Source: Luteolibacter sp. (GTDB taxonomy: Bacteria; Verrucomicrobiota; Verrucomicrobiia; Verrucomicrobiales; Akkermansiaceae). Taken from it: a DNA stretch of 50,961 nt. This document shows positions 37,869 through 47,042 of the stretch, one piece after another (the first letter of the stretch is position 1; each line of letters opens with the position of its first letter). The translations under genes were made by a program, and so were the position numbers. Location: assembly GCA_044237185.1 (NCBI GenBank), contig JBIIFS010000001.1, forward strand, positions 1 through 50,961, written 5' to 3'. Under the pieces are notes generated by a model. The model had not been told where the DNA came from and searched no databases. It was given only the letters and a program-made list of their open reading frames with translations.

Positions 37869-38894
37869 ATGACTGAAGCACTGGATCATTTCCCAAAAGT
37901 CGCGTTCTACGATACCAAGCCCTATGACAGGGTTTATTTCGATGCGGAAGCGGAGCGACTCGGTCTTTCTCTTGAGTATCACGATTTTCGCTTGTCCGCG
38001 GCGAATGCTGCATCCGCCAGAGGAGCTGTGGCGGTTTGTGTTTTTGTAAATGACCCCATTGACGGAGCTTGTTTGAAAAACTTGGCAGAGCAGGGGATCC
38101 GTTTGGTGGTGCTCAGGTGCGCGGGATTTAACAACATCGATCTCGCAGCGGCAAAGAGCTTGGGAATCCAAGTGGCAAGAGTACCTGCCTATTCGCCTTA
38201 TTCGGTGGCCGAGCACACGGTCGGATTGTTGCTGACGTTGAATCGAAAGATTCATCGCGCTTATAACCGCGTCCGCGAGTTGAATTTCTCTCTCAGTGGT
38301 TTGGTGGGCTTCGACTTGCATGGCAAAACCGTTGGAATTTTGGGGACGGGTAAAATTGGTAAAGTCGCCGCCTGCATATTCAGGGGATTCGGTTGCGAGG
38401 TTTTGGCTTGCGATCTTTTTCCTGACGAGACTTGGGCTCAAATTCACGGGGTTAAATACGTCTCGCAGGCAGAGGTATTGTCGAAGTCGGATATCGTCAG
38501 TTTACATCTGCCGCTTACCCATGAGAGTTTTCATTTGGTTAACGCCGGTACGATTTCACAAATGAGGAAAGGTGCGTACCTGATCAATACAAGTCGCGGA
38601 AAATTGGTTGATAGTGCGGCGGTGATTGATGCCTTGAAGTCCCAACACCTCGGTGGAGTCGCTCTGGATGTTTATGAGGAGGAAGAGGGTGTGTTTTTCG
38701 AAGATCACTCGGGCACCGCGCTGCAGGATGACATCTTGTCACGCTTGCTGACCTTTCCGAATGTCCTGGTGACATCGCATCAGGCATTTCTTACGGAAGA
38801 GGCATTGCACGCGATCGCCGAGACCACGATCGACAGCATCAGCCACCACCTGAAAGGGGAGCTAATCCCCAGCGTGCGACTGGTCGTTCAATGA
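37869..38894 (+). CDS. ldhA: D-lactate / 2-hydroxyacid dehydrogenase
   Basis: LRCAGFNNID, RVPAYSPYSVAEH, GTGKIG, INTSRG, LDVYEEE and TSHQAFLT. Confidence 0.9.
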   Translation: MTEALDHFPKVAFYDTKPYDRVYFDAEAERLGLSLEYHDFRLSAANAASARGAVAVCVFVNDPIDGACLKNLAEQGIRLVVLRCAGFNNIDLAAAKSLGIQVARVPAYSPYSVAEHTVGLLLTLNRKIHRAYNRVRELNFSLSGLVGFDLHGKTVGILGTGKIGKVAACIFRGFGCEVLACDLFPDETWAQIHGVKYVSQAEVLSKSDIVSLHLPLTHESFHLVNAGTISQMRKGAYLINTSRGKLVDSAAVIDALKSQHLGGVALDVYEEEEGVFFEDHSGTALQDDILSRLLTFPNVLVTSHQAFLTEEALHAIAETTIDSISHHLKGELIPSVRLVVQ

Positions 38895-39160
38895 GGTGTT
38901 GGAACCGTTCCCGGGTTACGGATTTTCAGGTTCAGCATCTCCACGCTGAGTGAAAAGGCCATCGCGAAATAGATATAGCCTTTGGGAATCTCAAAATGAA
39001 AGCCCTCCGCAATCAATGCTGTTCCAATCAGAATCAGGAATGAGAGCGTCAGCATTTTTATAGAGGGATGTTTGGAGACAAAAGCACTGATCGCCCCAGC
39101 TGCCGCCATCATCACACCGACAGAAATCACGACGGCCAGCATCATCACGAATAAATCAAG
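38888..39160 (-). pseudogene. 3' remnant of a TerC/YgdQ (UPF0053) membrane protein gene
   Basis: HPSIKML..SFLILIG..IPKGYIYFAMAFS..VEMLN is the TerC/YgdQ C-terminus. There is an in-frame stop 7 codons upstream of the GTG and no room for the N-terminal part before lpxD. Confidence 0.8.
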
Positions 39161-39225
39161 AGACCCTCATTTCCAGCGGCATCCGGTTGAGTATACCATG
39201 AGAAGTCAAACATACGCGTTGGGAG

Positions 39226-40269
39226 TTATTCGGTCGAATTTTTGGAAATAATTTTTTCCAAGGCCTTCACGCGTTCAACCAGTTTAGGTAAGCGTCTCGC
39301 GTGTGCTTGTAACTTGGTTTCCTCTTTCATGGGCAGCGCGGGTTTGCCGGAGTAAATGATGCCGCCTGCCAAGTTCGTGGTCACGCCTGTGCGACTCGCA
39401 AGAATGGCTTTTTCACCTACCGTCACATGACCGGCGATTCCGGACTGTGCCGCTACAGTAACGTAGTCCTCGATGCGGCAGCTTCCTGCGAGGCCAGATT
39501 GGGAAATAATCAGGCAGTGCTTGCCAATGATCACATTGTGGCCGATCTGAACCAGATTATCGATCTTGGTGCCTTCGCCAACGATGGTTTTGCCGAAACG
39601 CGCGCGATCAATCGTGGTATTCGCACCGATTTCCACGTCATCGCCGATTTCCACGATGCCAACCTGATCGATTTTGACATGCTTGCCGCCGGAGAACTCG
39701 TAGCCATAGCCATCTGAGCCGATGACCGCTCCCGAGTGAATGATGACGCGCGAGCCGATGATGCAACGTTCGGTGATCGTGACATTTCCACGGATCTGGG
39801 AGTTTTCACCGATGATCACGTTTTCATGAATTACGGCATTGGGACCGACCTCAGATCCGTCACCCAAGGAGGCTCCGTCCATAATCACGGCACCGGCATG
39901 AATTTTGGTTTTTTCTGCGTTGAAAATTACGGAAGGTGAAACATTCGCCGATGGATGAACACCGGGTTTGAATTCGCGCGAGTGATTAGCAAAGTGCCGA
40001 ACCACAGCGGCGAAAGCGAGCGATGGATTCGGGACGGCGATCAGAGCCGGGCCATCGGTCTTGAAATCGTAGCCAACAGGAACAATCACCGCACCTGCTT
40101 TTGTGGTCAGGAAATGAGACAGATATCTTTCGTTGCCGAGGAAGCTGATATCCTCGGCGACAGCGGTATCAAGGGCGGCTATTCCGTGAAAAAGATCAGA
40201 CAACTTGCCGCATATGATGTTCCCATCGATAAGCGCAGCAAGTTCGGAAAGACTTAGGCTGACGGCCAA
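39226..40269 (-). CDS. lpxD: UDP-3-O-acylglucosamine N-acyltransferase
   Basis: Hexapeptide repeats; [19 protein letters not shown] and [12 protein letters not shown]. Confidence 0.96.
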   Translation of the reverse strand: MAVSLSLSELAALIDGNIICGKLSDLFHGIAALDTAVAEDISFLGNERYLSHFLTTKAGAVIVPVGYDFKTDGPALIAVPNPSLAFAAVVRHFANHSREFKPGVHPSANVSPSVIFNAEKTKIHAGAVIMDGASLGDGSEVGPNAVIHENVIIGENSQIRGNVTITERCIIGSRVIIHSGAVIGSDGYGYEFSGGKHVKIDQVGIVEIGDDVEIGANTTIDRARFGKTIVGEGTKIDNLVQIGHNVIIGKHCLIISQSGLAGSCRIEDYVTVAAQSGIAGHVTVGEKAILASRTGVTTNLAGGIIYSGKPALPMKEETKLQAHARRLPKLVERVKALEKIISKNSTE

Positions 40270-40293
40270 AACGAAGCGGGTTGAGGGTTTTGT

Positions 40294-40923
40294 TTACTTA
40301 TCGGAAGCTTTTGGCTTGTCCGTTGGCTTCGCATCTGCCGGTTTCTTGTCCGCTGGGGCGTCTTTGTTCAAAACTTTGAGAAGACTTGCGGTGATATCGG
40401 TGGCGTCTTTGCTGTAAAGCAGCACCGGGACTTGGGAGGTGCTCATACCGGATTTATCGAACACGAAATCGTAGTTGTCGACTTTCGATCTCTGTTCGAC
40501 CAATTTGCGAATGTCATCCAGGATGCTTTTCATGCGCTGAACCATATTTTCGTTCAATGCGGTTGTCCGGCGTTGGATGTATTCACGGCGTTCCTTGTCC
40601 AGTTGAATTCCTTCTTGTTGTTGAGCTTGGAAATCCTTGATGAGGCTTTGCTTCTTGGATTCGTTGACTGAAGGGTCTTCGATTTGTTTTTTGAAGTTTT
40701 CGAGATTCGTTTCGATCTCGCGGATGCGTTTGAGGCGATCTTCGTTGTCTTGGTTGATCTTTGCGCGTTCCACGTTGATCAGATCTTGGGCTTCGTTGGT
40801 TTGATAGTATTGCTTGAAAAGCTCCTGCATATCTACTGTGGCGACTTTAAGATTTTGGGCGCTTGCTGCAGAAATGAGCGAGGTGGCAAATACGATGGCG
40901 GAAAAACGTTGAAATAAGTTCAT
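40294..40923 (-). CDS. skp: OmpH/Skp periplasmic chaperone
   Basis: Signal peptide, KVATVDMQELF, coiled coil and YDFVFDKS..DIT; sits upstream of lpxD. Confidence 0.9.
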   Translation of the reverse strand: MNLFQRFSAIVFATSLISAASAQNLKVATVDMQELFKQYYQTNEAQDLINVERAKINQDNEDRLKRIREIETNLENFKKQIEDPSVNESKKQSLIKDFQAQQQEGIQLDKERREYIQRRTTALNENMVQRMKSILDDIRKLVEQRSKVDNYDFVFDKSGMSTSQVPVLLYSKDATDITASLLKVLNKDAPADKKPADAKPTDKPKASDK

Positions 40924-41061
40924 ATCAATAAAGGTTTAGGATGGTTGCATGCGCAGCTTGGGTCTAAATCGCCAGCCCGTCAACAGCATGAATGTGGGTA
41001 TTTCTTAAAAGTTGCAGCCCTTGGGAAACGGTTTTTTCGCTCACGTCACGAAACAACCGCG

Positions 41062-41883
41062 TTATTTCGTGCTGATTTCTAGGATATCTGTCGCCGGATC
41101 GGATTCCGTGGGGATGATCCATCTGATATCCGCCCCGTCGGCGACGATTTGAATTTGCTCCTCGAACATGATTTTTGAAGAGCTGACGGTGGATACCTTG
41201 AATTCAGTGAAGTCGTAGCCTGCGGATTTCATGACGAGACTTTCGACTCCGTCGCGCATATCCGCATGGAAATTCGCAGATTTTTTGAAATCATATGACT
41301 TGCGGTTTCCGGAAGCGATGGTGGCCTCGAATTTATCGCGTTTGATACGTTGTTCAAAACTTTTAGTTTCGGCACCGGTGCGTGTCGTATCTTTAATGTA
41401 GGGTCTGAGTCCCATTTTGATGGCGATGTTGAGAGGATTCGTGAGCTTGCCCTTGTCAGTGATTTTACCCGTGACAGCGAATCCCTCACGAGAAGGGATG
41501 AAGGTGATTTCGAACCCAGCATCACCTGTGACGGTGCCGGTGTAAGTGACCGGCTTGTCCGGATTCAACGCAGGAGGCTGTTTGGATTTGAGTGAGCCGG
41601 GATTGATCTTTTTGCTAGTGAATTTGCCGTCTGATTTTAATTCGAGGATTTCAATTTTAAAAATGACGGGATTGTTATCATTGATGATCTCCCCGCGTTT
41701 GGTGAGTGGGTGGAATACCGCTTCACCTCCTATTGTGATGCCGAACTGTAATTTTCGCTGTTTGAGAACGAAGAAATAATTTTGCCACGGCTTCTTATCG
41801 ATGGAAGGAAGTTGGGCGGTAGATACGGAGGTGCAAGCCAGAAGGATGGCGAGCACCAAGGGGGAGGACTTGGTTATCTTCAT
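41062..41883 (-). CDS. Secreted hypothetical protein
   Basis: 273-aa ORF with a signal peptide and beta-rich composition. Confidence 0.7.
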   Translation of the reverse strand: MKITKSSPLVLAILLACTSVSTAQLPSIDKKPWQNYFFVLKQRKLQFGITIGGEAVFHPLTKRGEIINDNNPVIFKIEILELKSDGKFTSKKINPGSLKSKQPPALNPDKPVTYTGTVTGDAGFEITFIPSREGFAVTGKITDKGKLTNPLNIAIKMGLRPYIKDTTRTGAETKSFEQRIKRDKFEATIASGNRKSYDFKKSANFHADMRDGVESLVMKSAGYDFTEFKVSTVSSSKIMFEEQIQIVADGADIRWIIPTESDPATDILEISTK

Positions 41884-41954
41884 GGCGAAGAGAAAAAACC
41901 AAAGTCCTGCCGGTGACGAGTGAAATTTACAGAATGAGGATTTTTTTCGTTAGA

Positions 41955-41994
41955 TCACGAGAATGGAAAATTCTGCAATTTTCCATTCTCGTGA
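41955..41994. repeat. Perfect 18-bp inverted repeat with a 4-nt loop
   Basis: tcacgagaatggaaaatt-ctgc-aattttccattctcgtga. Confidence 0.92.
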
Positions 41995-42008
41995 AAGTTT
42001 ATCCGTAT

Positions 42009-42140
42009 ATGATGAAAAAGCATCTATTTACTGTGGTATTGGTGCTGCTATCGGTCGGTTTTATGGGACGGACAGTTGCGGCCAATGCGCGCGAATCCAT
42101 TCCGATGGATTTCAAGGTTAATGGGTTTTTGTTTGCTTAA
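42009..42140 (+). pseudogene. 43-codon ORF: signal peptide plus short tail (small protein or 5' gene remnant)
   Basis: MMKKHLFTVVLVLLSVGFMGRTVAANA looks like a Sec signal peptide; the frame stops 16 codons later. Confidence 0.35.
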
Positions 42141-42203
42141 AGAATGTGAATATGGAAGATGAATAGGTGGTGATGATTGATAATCTGTTAGGTTAGTTTT
42201 CAT

Positions 42204-43172
42204 ATGGAATTTTTAGAACGCGCGGATATCTGGATTTCGCCCTACCGACTCAGGGCGCGGAGTTTTTTGAATTCGATCTCATCACGGCGTGAATTCGAAG
42301 GGGTCTTGATACGCGTGGGAGAGGGTTACGGCTGCATTCATCCATGGCCGGAGCTGGGTGATCCTTCATTGGAAAAATGTTTGGAAGATTTGAAAGGGCG
42401 GCGGGTCTGGTCGATTGTGAAGCGTGCCCTGCGCTGTGCGGAATTTGACAATGCTGCCCGACTGGCCGGAGAATCCTTGTTTGATGAAATGGAAGTTCCC
42501 CGCAGTCATGCAACATGGGTTGGCGCGAATGACAAAGAACTGGCCATTGCAGTGGAAGCGGGGTTTGACACGGTCAAGATCAAGGCGGGTCGCAACATTT
42601 CTGTTGAAGCACGGCTTCTTGAAGAGATGTCAGCCGAATATCCGGCGTTGAAATGGAGAATTGATTTCAATGAGTTGCCCGACCCCGATGCCGCGGATCG
42701 TTTTCTCGGAAATCTATCGGATGCGATGAAGGGAAAAATTGATTTCGTTGAGGATATTTGTCCGTTTTCGGATGCCCATTGGTCAGCGCTTTGGAAGAAA
42801 CACCGCGTTCCTTTGGCGGTCGATCGTGAGGCGGGACCTCTTTGCAGGGCGGCACAGTATATGGTAATCAAGCCTGCTGTGGACGAGCCGTTTTTGTTGG
42901 CTGAAGCTGCGGCAATGCATTCCCAGCGAGCAGTGATCACGAGTTATATGGACCATCCATTCGGGCAGGCATTTGCAGCATGGGAAGCGGCACGGACGGA
43001 ACTGATTTTTCCCGGGTTGATCGGGACCTGTGGGTTGCAAACGCATCATCTGTTTGAAAAAGATGCTTTCGTTGAGAAGTTGGGCGCATGGAAACCCGTA
43101 TTCGAAACTCTCGGTGGAACGGGATTGGGCTTTGATGATGAACTTGCGGCGCTGACGTGGGTGAGTTTATGA
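42204..43172 (+). CDS. menC: o-succinylbenzoate synthase
   Basis: HPWPELGD, KIK, RIDFN, FVED, VDRE, KPAV, TSYMDHP and CGLQTH of the enolase superfamily; adjacent to menE. Confidence 0.85.
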   Translation: MEFLERADIWISPYRLRARSFLNSISSRREFEGVLIRVGEGYGCIHPWPELGDPSLEKCLEDLKGRRVWSIVKRALRCAEFDNAARLAGESLFDEMEVPRSHATWVGANDKELAIAVEAGFDTVKIKAGRNISVEARLLEEMSAEYPALKWRIDFNELPDPDAADRFLGNLSDAMKGKIDFVEDICPFSDAHWSALWKKHRVPLAVDREAGPLCRAAQYMVIKPAVDEPFLLAEAAAMHSQRAVITSYMDHPFGQAFAAWEAARTELIFPGLIGTCGLQTHHLFEKDAFVEKLGAWKPVFETLGGTGLGFDDELAALTWVSL

Positions 43173-43198
43173 TTCCGGAGTCGCGGAGATTTTTTATC

Positions 43199-44308
43199 AT
43201 GGATCGCAGCCTATATATTTCACGATCATTTTGGAATGATCCTGCGGATGTTGTGTTGGGCAATGGGCCGAATTCTATTCCCGATTTTATCAGTATTGGA
43301 GGTTCTGTGATCTTCAAGACTTCCGGCAGTGCTGGGGCCCCGAAATGGGTCGTTCATGAAAAGCGTGCGTTGCTTGTCTCCGCAGAGGCAGTCAACGCTT
43401 GGCTTGGAGTGAGCCAGTATTCCAAGTGGGGACTGGTTTTACCCATTGAGCATGTGGGTGGATTTGCGATTTTGGCAAGGGTGTTTCAGGCAGACTGTGG
43501 TTTAGCTGAATTCGATAGGAAATGGGATGCCTGTGAATTCCATCGGTGGCTTGGAGTTGAGAATGTGACTCATGTTTCTTTGGTTCCGACCCAGGTGCAT
43601 GATTTGGTCAAGGCCGCGTTACCCGCACCCTCGCATCTTCGTGCGGTGGTAGTGGGTGGGGGGCGTTTGAATGATGCTTTGGGTCAAGCCGCGCGTGATC
43701 TTGGCTGGCCGGTATTGGCGAGTTATGGAATGACTGAGGCAGGATCTCAGATCGCCACGCAAGCGATGGATGATTTAAAGAAACCTTTTAGTGAGGGTAG
43801 CCTGAAAATTCTACCGATTTGGCAGGTGGAGAGCGATACAGACGAGAGGCTTTCGATATCGGGTGAGGCTTTGTTCCGGGGTTACATGTTCCAAGAAGGA
43901 AACAGCGGACGGCTTGAGCCTCTGTCAGGCAAGGTATTCCTGACTCAAGACCGTGGGATCATTTCACAAAATCATCTCAAGTTGCTTGGCCGGATGGACA
44001 AGCTCGTGAAAATGTTGGGAGTGTTGGTTGATATCGAAGCGGTTGAAAGACGGTTTATTGAAATCGCGGCAGGGCGGGTAAATCCTGAAAAATTCACAGT
44101 GATCGCATTGCCTGACCCACGGAAAGAGCATGTCTTGGTTGCTGTTTTCGAAGGGGAGATTCCCATTTCATGCTTTGAGGAATATCAACGCACGGCACCT
44201 AAATTGGAACGGTTTTCTGACGTTTTCGAGGTAGAAGTGTTCCCCCGTAGCTCACTTGGAAAGATTCAGCGCGGAGAGTTAAGTGAGATTTGCGGGCTGA
44301 TGAAATAA
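43199..44308 (+). CDS. menE: o-succinylbenzoate--CoA ligase
   Basis: TSGSAGAPK, HVGG, SLVPTQ, SYGMTEAGSQ and PRSSLGKIQR. Start could be 43169 or 43199. Confidence 0.85.
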   Translation: MDRSLYISRSFWNDPADVVLGNGPNSIPDFISIGGSVIFKTSGSAGAPKWVVHEKRALLVSAEAVNAWLGVSQYSKWGLVLPIEHVGGFAILARVFQADCGLAEFDRKWDACEFHRWLGVENVTHVSLVPTQVHDLVKAALPAPSHLRAVVVGGGRLNDALGQAARDLGWPVLASYGMTEAGSQIATQAMDDLKKPFSEGSLKILPIWQVESDTDERLSISGEALFRGYMFQEGNSGRLEPLSGKVFLTQDRGIISQNHLKLLGRMDKLVKMLGVLVDIEAVERRFIEIAAGRVNPEKFTVIALPDPRKEHVLVAVFEGEIPISCFEEYQRTAPKLERFSDVFEVEVFPRSSLGKIQRGELSEICGLMK

Positions 44309-44317
44309 TTAGATATG

Positions 44318-44337
44318 GACGCCTAAGAACAGGCGTC
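44318..44337. terminator. Hairpin between convergent genes
   Basis: gacgcct-aagaac-aggcgtc. Confidence 0.4.
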
Positions 44338-44349
44338 GATGTATGAATC

Positions 44350-44727
44350 TCACTTCGTATGGCCCTTTTCTCTCTTGGTCGAAAGAACCGCTTCGACCAT
44401 TTCTTTCACCTCATCATCGGTATTCAAGATGTGTGCTGGCATCGCTTGTTCACCCCAAGTTCCGACGCTGCCACCTCTGACTTTCGCGAAGAGTTTATCG
44501 ACCGCTAGAGGATCTTTTCTATATTTGTCGGCAATGTCCGCGAAAGAAAGACCAACGAGTTTGCTCTGAGAGGCATGACATGAAAGGCAGGTGGCAGCCT
44601 GCATCAGTTTGATCCCGTTCATTTTTTTATTCATCCCGGCAATGCGCGGATCATCTTTCGGATCGGGCTCAAGAATTTGATTGAAGGATGCGTTGTAGGA
44701 AGCTTTCAGAAGACGGCCATCTTTCAC
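44350..44727 (-). CDS. Cytochrome c551/c552-like domain without signal peptide (possible remnant)
   Basis: CLSCH heme motif, KLVG.SF.DIA.KY and GTWGEQAMPAH with the axial Met. Confidence 0.65.
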   Translation of the reverse strand: MKDGRLLKASYNASFNQILEPDPKDDPRIAGMNKKMNGIKLMQAATCLSCHASQSKLVGLSFADIADKYRKDPLAVDKLFAKVRGGSVGTWGEQAMPAHILNTDDEVKEMVEAVLSTKREKGHTK

Positions 44728-44867
44728 GTCGTACTAGACTGGTTGCCAAAAGTCCTTACGCAAAATGGAGATTTTTTAGGTTTTGAAAACAGTCTAAAAA
44801 TTGCTGCCACGAAAAACTTCCTCATTTCTGGGTTGTCCAATCGGGATGAAATTCTGAACATTCCGTC

Positions 44868-45485
44868 ATGTCAAAATATGCAGGTGAAGAGGTTTTGGTT
44901 GTAACACGACCGTTGTTGGAGGAATTGGCGAAATTCCAGGGAATCATCACGGGAGGTGTGGATAAGGTAGTTTCGGTTCTATTGAGTGAAGACAACCATT
45001 TTTTCATGGATCGCGGTGCTGCCGAGGAAGATCCAAGTCACAAGCAGCTGATCCCATATTGCATTTTCAAATGCGGCGATCGGGTCTTGCATTACACTCG
45101 CGGAAAAGCGGGTGGAGAAAACCGGCTTCATGCGAAGATTTCCGTGGGAGTCGGCGGTCACATCAATCCCGTGGACATGGGTGAGGGGCGCAAGGGAGCG
45201 GCGGCGTATTACGCGGCGGTTCAACGTGAAATCGACGAGGAGCTGGATATCAAAGGGGACTATGAGATGCGTGTCATCGGGCTTTTGAATGACGATTCGA
45301 ACCCGGTTGGCCAGGTGCATCTCGGCGTGGTGCATCTGGTGGAGCTGGAGAGCGATGAGGTATTTTCACGGGAGGATGCGCTGACAGATCTCTCATGGGC
45401 GACCCTCGGTGAGCTAAAAAGTGACTTGTTCGATCGTCTTGAGACGTGGAGCCAGCTTTGTGTGGAGCATTTGGCGGAGGGTTGA
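44868..45485 (+). CDS. NUDIX-like predicted phosphoesterase (COG4112)
   Basis: AEEDPSHKQLIPY, SVGVGGHINP, REIDEEL and VGQVHLG. Confidence 0.85.
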   Translation: MSKYAGEEVLVVTRPLLEELAKFQGIITGGVDKVVSVLLSEDNHFFMDRGAAEEDPSHKQLIPYCIFKCGDRVLHYTRGKAGGENRLHAKISVGVGGHINPVDMGEGRKGAAAYYAAVQREIDEELDIKGDYEMRVIGLLNDDSNPVGQVHLGVVHLVELESDEVFSREDALTDLSWATLGELKSDLFDRLETWSQLCVEHLAEG

Positions 45486-45496
45486 TTCTTATAAGG

Positions 45497-45573
45497 TTAA
45501 CCACGAAAAACACGAAAGGCACGAAAGGAAGGTAGTTCTCGTACACTCAATTTTTTGTGTATTTCGTGGTTAA
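45497..45573. repeat. Inverted 9-mer arrays (cacgaaa-type)
   Basis: ttaaccacgaaaaacacgaaaggcacgaaagg versus ttttgtgtatttcgtggttaa: 12-bp perfect ends, 19 of 21 overall. Confidence 0.85.
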
Positions 45574-45659
45574 AACTGTTGGGTTTGGTTTTTCCATTTG
45601 GGGCTATTTCCCATCGATTCAGGATTTACCATAGCGAAAGACTGTGAAAGATTGAGGCC

Positions 45660-47039
45660 ATGAGTGAGTTCGATGCGTTTGAGAAAAAGATGAGAGCGGC
45701 TGGAATGGGCGATGCTCCCGTCGCGGTTTTCAAAAGGAACTACGAAGCTTTATTGCGGGATGAGACTGGGATGATCCCTGAGCAAACGATTGAGCCAGTG
45801 ACGGACCTACCCAAAGCCGAGGATCTGAAGATGGATAAACTGCCTGGAAATCTAGGTGAGGTGGTTGTCATCAAGCTCAATGGCGGTCTCGGAACCGGCA
45901 TGGGATTGCAAGGACCCAAGAGTCTGCTGGCTGTGCGGCAAGGAACGAACTTCCTCGATCTCATGGTGCGCCAGACGCTTTCGCTGAGGCAAAAGAGTGG
46001 CCAGAATGTGAGACTGCTTCTAATGAATAGTTTCAGCACCAGTGAAGATACTTTGGATCATCTCAAACGCTACGAAAATGAGGATCTCGCTTCCGCTGAT
46101 GAAGTGGAAATGATGCAGAACATGATTCCGAAAATCGATGCTAATACTCTGGCTCCTGTTTCGTGGCCGAGCGATCCTGAACAAGAGTGGTGCCCACCGG
46201 GACACGGCGATGTTTATCCGGCATTGGTTGGCAGCGGTTGGTTGGACCGCCTGCTTGCCGAGGGAGTCAAATATGCCTTCATTTCAAACTCCGATAACCT
46301 CGGAGCCTTTTTGGATCCGGTCCTGCTCAATTTTTTCGCGGATTCCGGCGCGCCGTTTTTGATGGAGGTGACCCGCCGCACTGCCACCGATAAAAAGGGT
46401 GGTCACTTGGCGAAACGGATGAGCGATGGACGGTTGTTGCTACGTGAGGTCGCCCAATGTCCCGATGACGACTTGGACGAGTTCCAGAACATCGATAAGC
46501 ACCGATACTTCAACACCAACAACCTATGGCTGAATCTTGAAAAGCTCAAAGCACAGCTGAAAGCGGATTCTGGGGTTTTGCCTCTTCCGATGATCAAGAA
46601 CAAAAAAACGGTCGATCCGCGAGACCCGCAATCCACTCCGGTTTTCCAATTGGAGATCGCGATGGGATCTGCGATCGAATGCTTCGAGGGAGCATTGGCA
46701 ATTGAAGTGCCGCGGAGTCGGTTCGCACCCGTGAAAACCACAGCGGATCTGCTCGCTCTTCGTTCGGATACTTATGAAGTTCTTTCCGACGGGCAAGTCA
46801 GGCTCTGCGAAGAACGCCAAGGAGTGCCGCCAGATATCTCTCTTTCTGGCGACTACAAGCTCGTGGATTCATTAGATGCCCTTGGAGTTCCTAGCCTGAT
46901 CCATTGCAAATCACTCAAAATTTCCGGTCTGCTTCATTTCGAGCACGGTGTGGTTATTGAGGGCGATGTTGTCTTTCAAAACTCGAATGCAGAGCGTAAA
47001 GTCGTCTCGGCAGGAATCTATAAAGACGGAAGTTATTAA
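45660..47039 (+). CDS. UTP--glucose-1-phosphate uridylyltransferase, eukaryote-type (UDPGP family)
   Basis: KLNGGLGTGMG..PKS, LLMNSF, WCPPGHGD, SNSDNL, FNTNNLW and RFAPVKT. Confidence 0.93.
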   Translation: MSEFDAFEKKMRAAGMGDAPVAVFKRNYEALLRDETGMIPEQTIEPVTDLPKAEDLKMDKLPGNLGEVVVIKLNGGLGTGMGLQGPKSLLAVRQGTNFLDLMVRQTLSLRQKSGQNVRLLLMNSFSTSEDTLDHLKRYENEDLASADEVEMMQNMIPKIDANTLAPVSWPSDPEQEWCPPGHGDVYPALVGSGWLDRLLAEGVKYAFISNSDNLGAFLDPVLLNFFADSGAPFLMEVTRRTATDKKGGHLAKRMSDGRLLLREVAQCPDDDLDEFQNIDKHRYFNTNNLWLNLEKLKAQLKADSGVLPLPMIKNKKTVDPRDPQSTPVFQLEIAMGSAIECFEGALAIEVPRSRFAPVKTTADLLALRSDTYEVLSDGQVRLCEERQGVPPDISLSGDYKLVDSLDALGVPSLIHCKSLKISGLLHFEHGVVIEGDVVFQNSNAERKVVSAGIYKDGSY

Positions 47040-47042
47040 TTT

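Noticed and set aside
44957-44965. Single perfect DnaA box (tgtggataa)
   Set aside because: Isolated inside a CDS; one or two TTATNCACA matches are expected by chance in this length.
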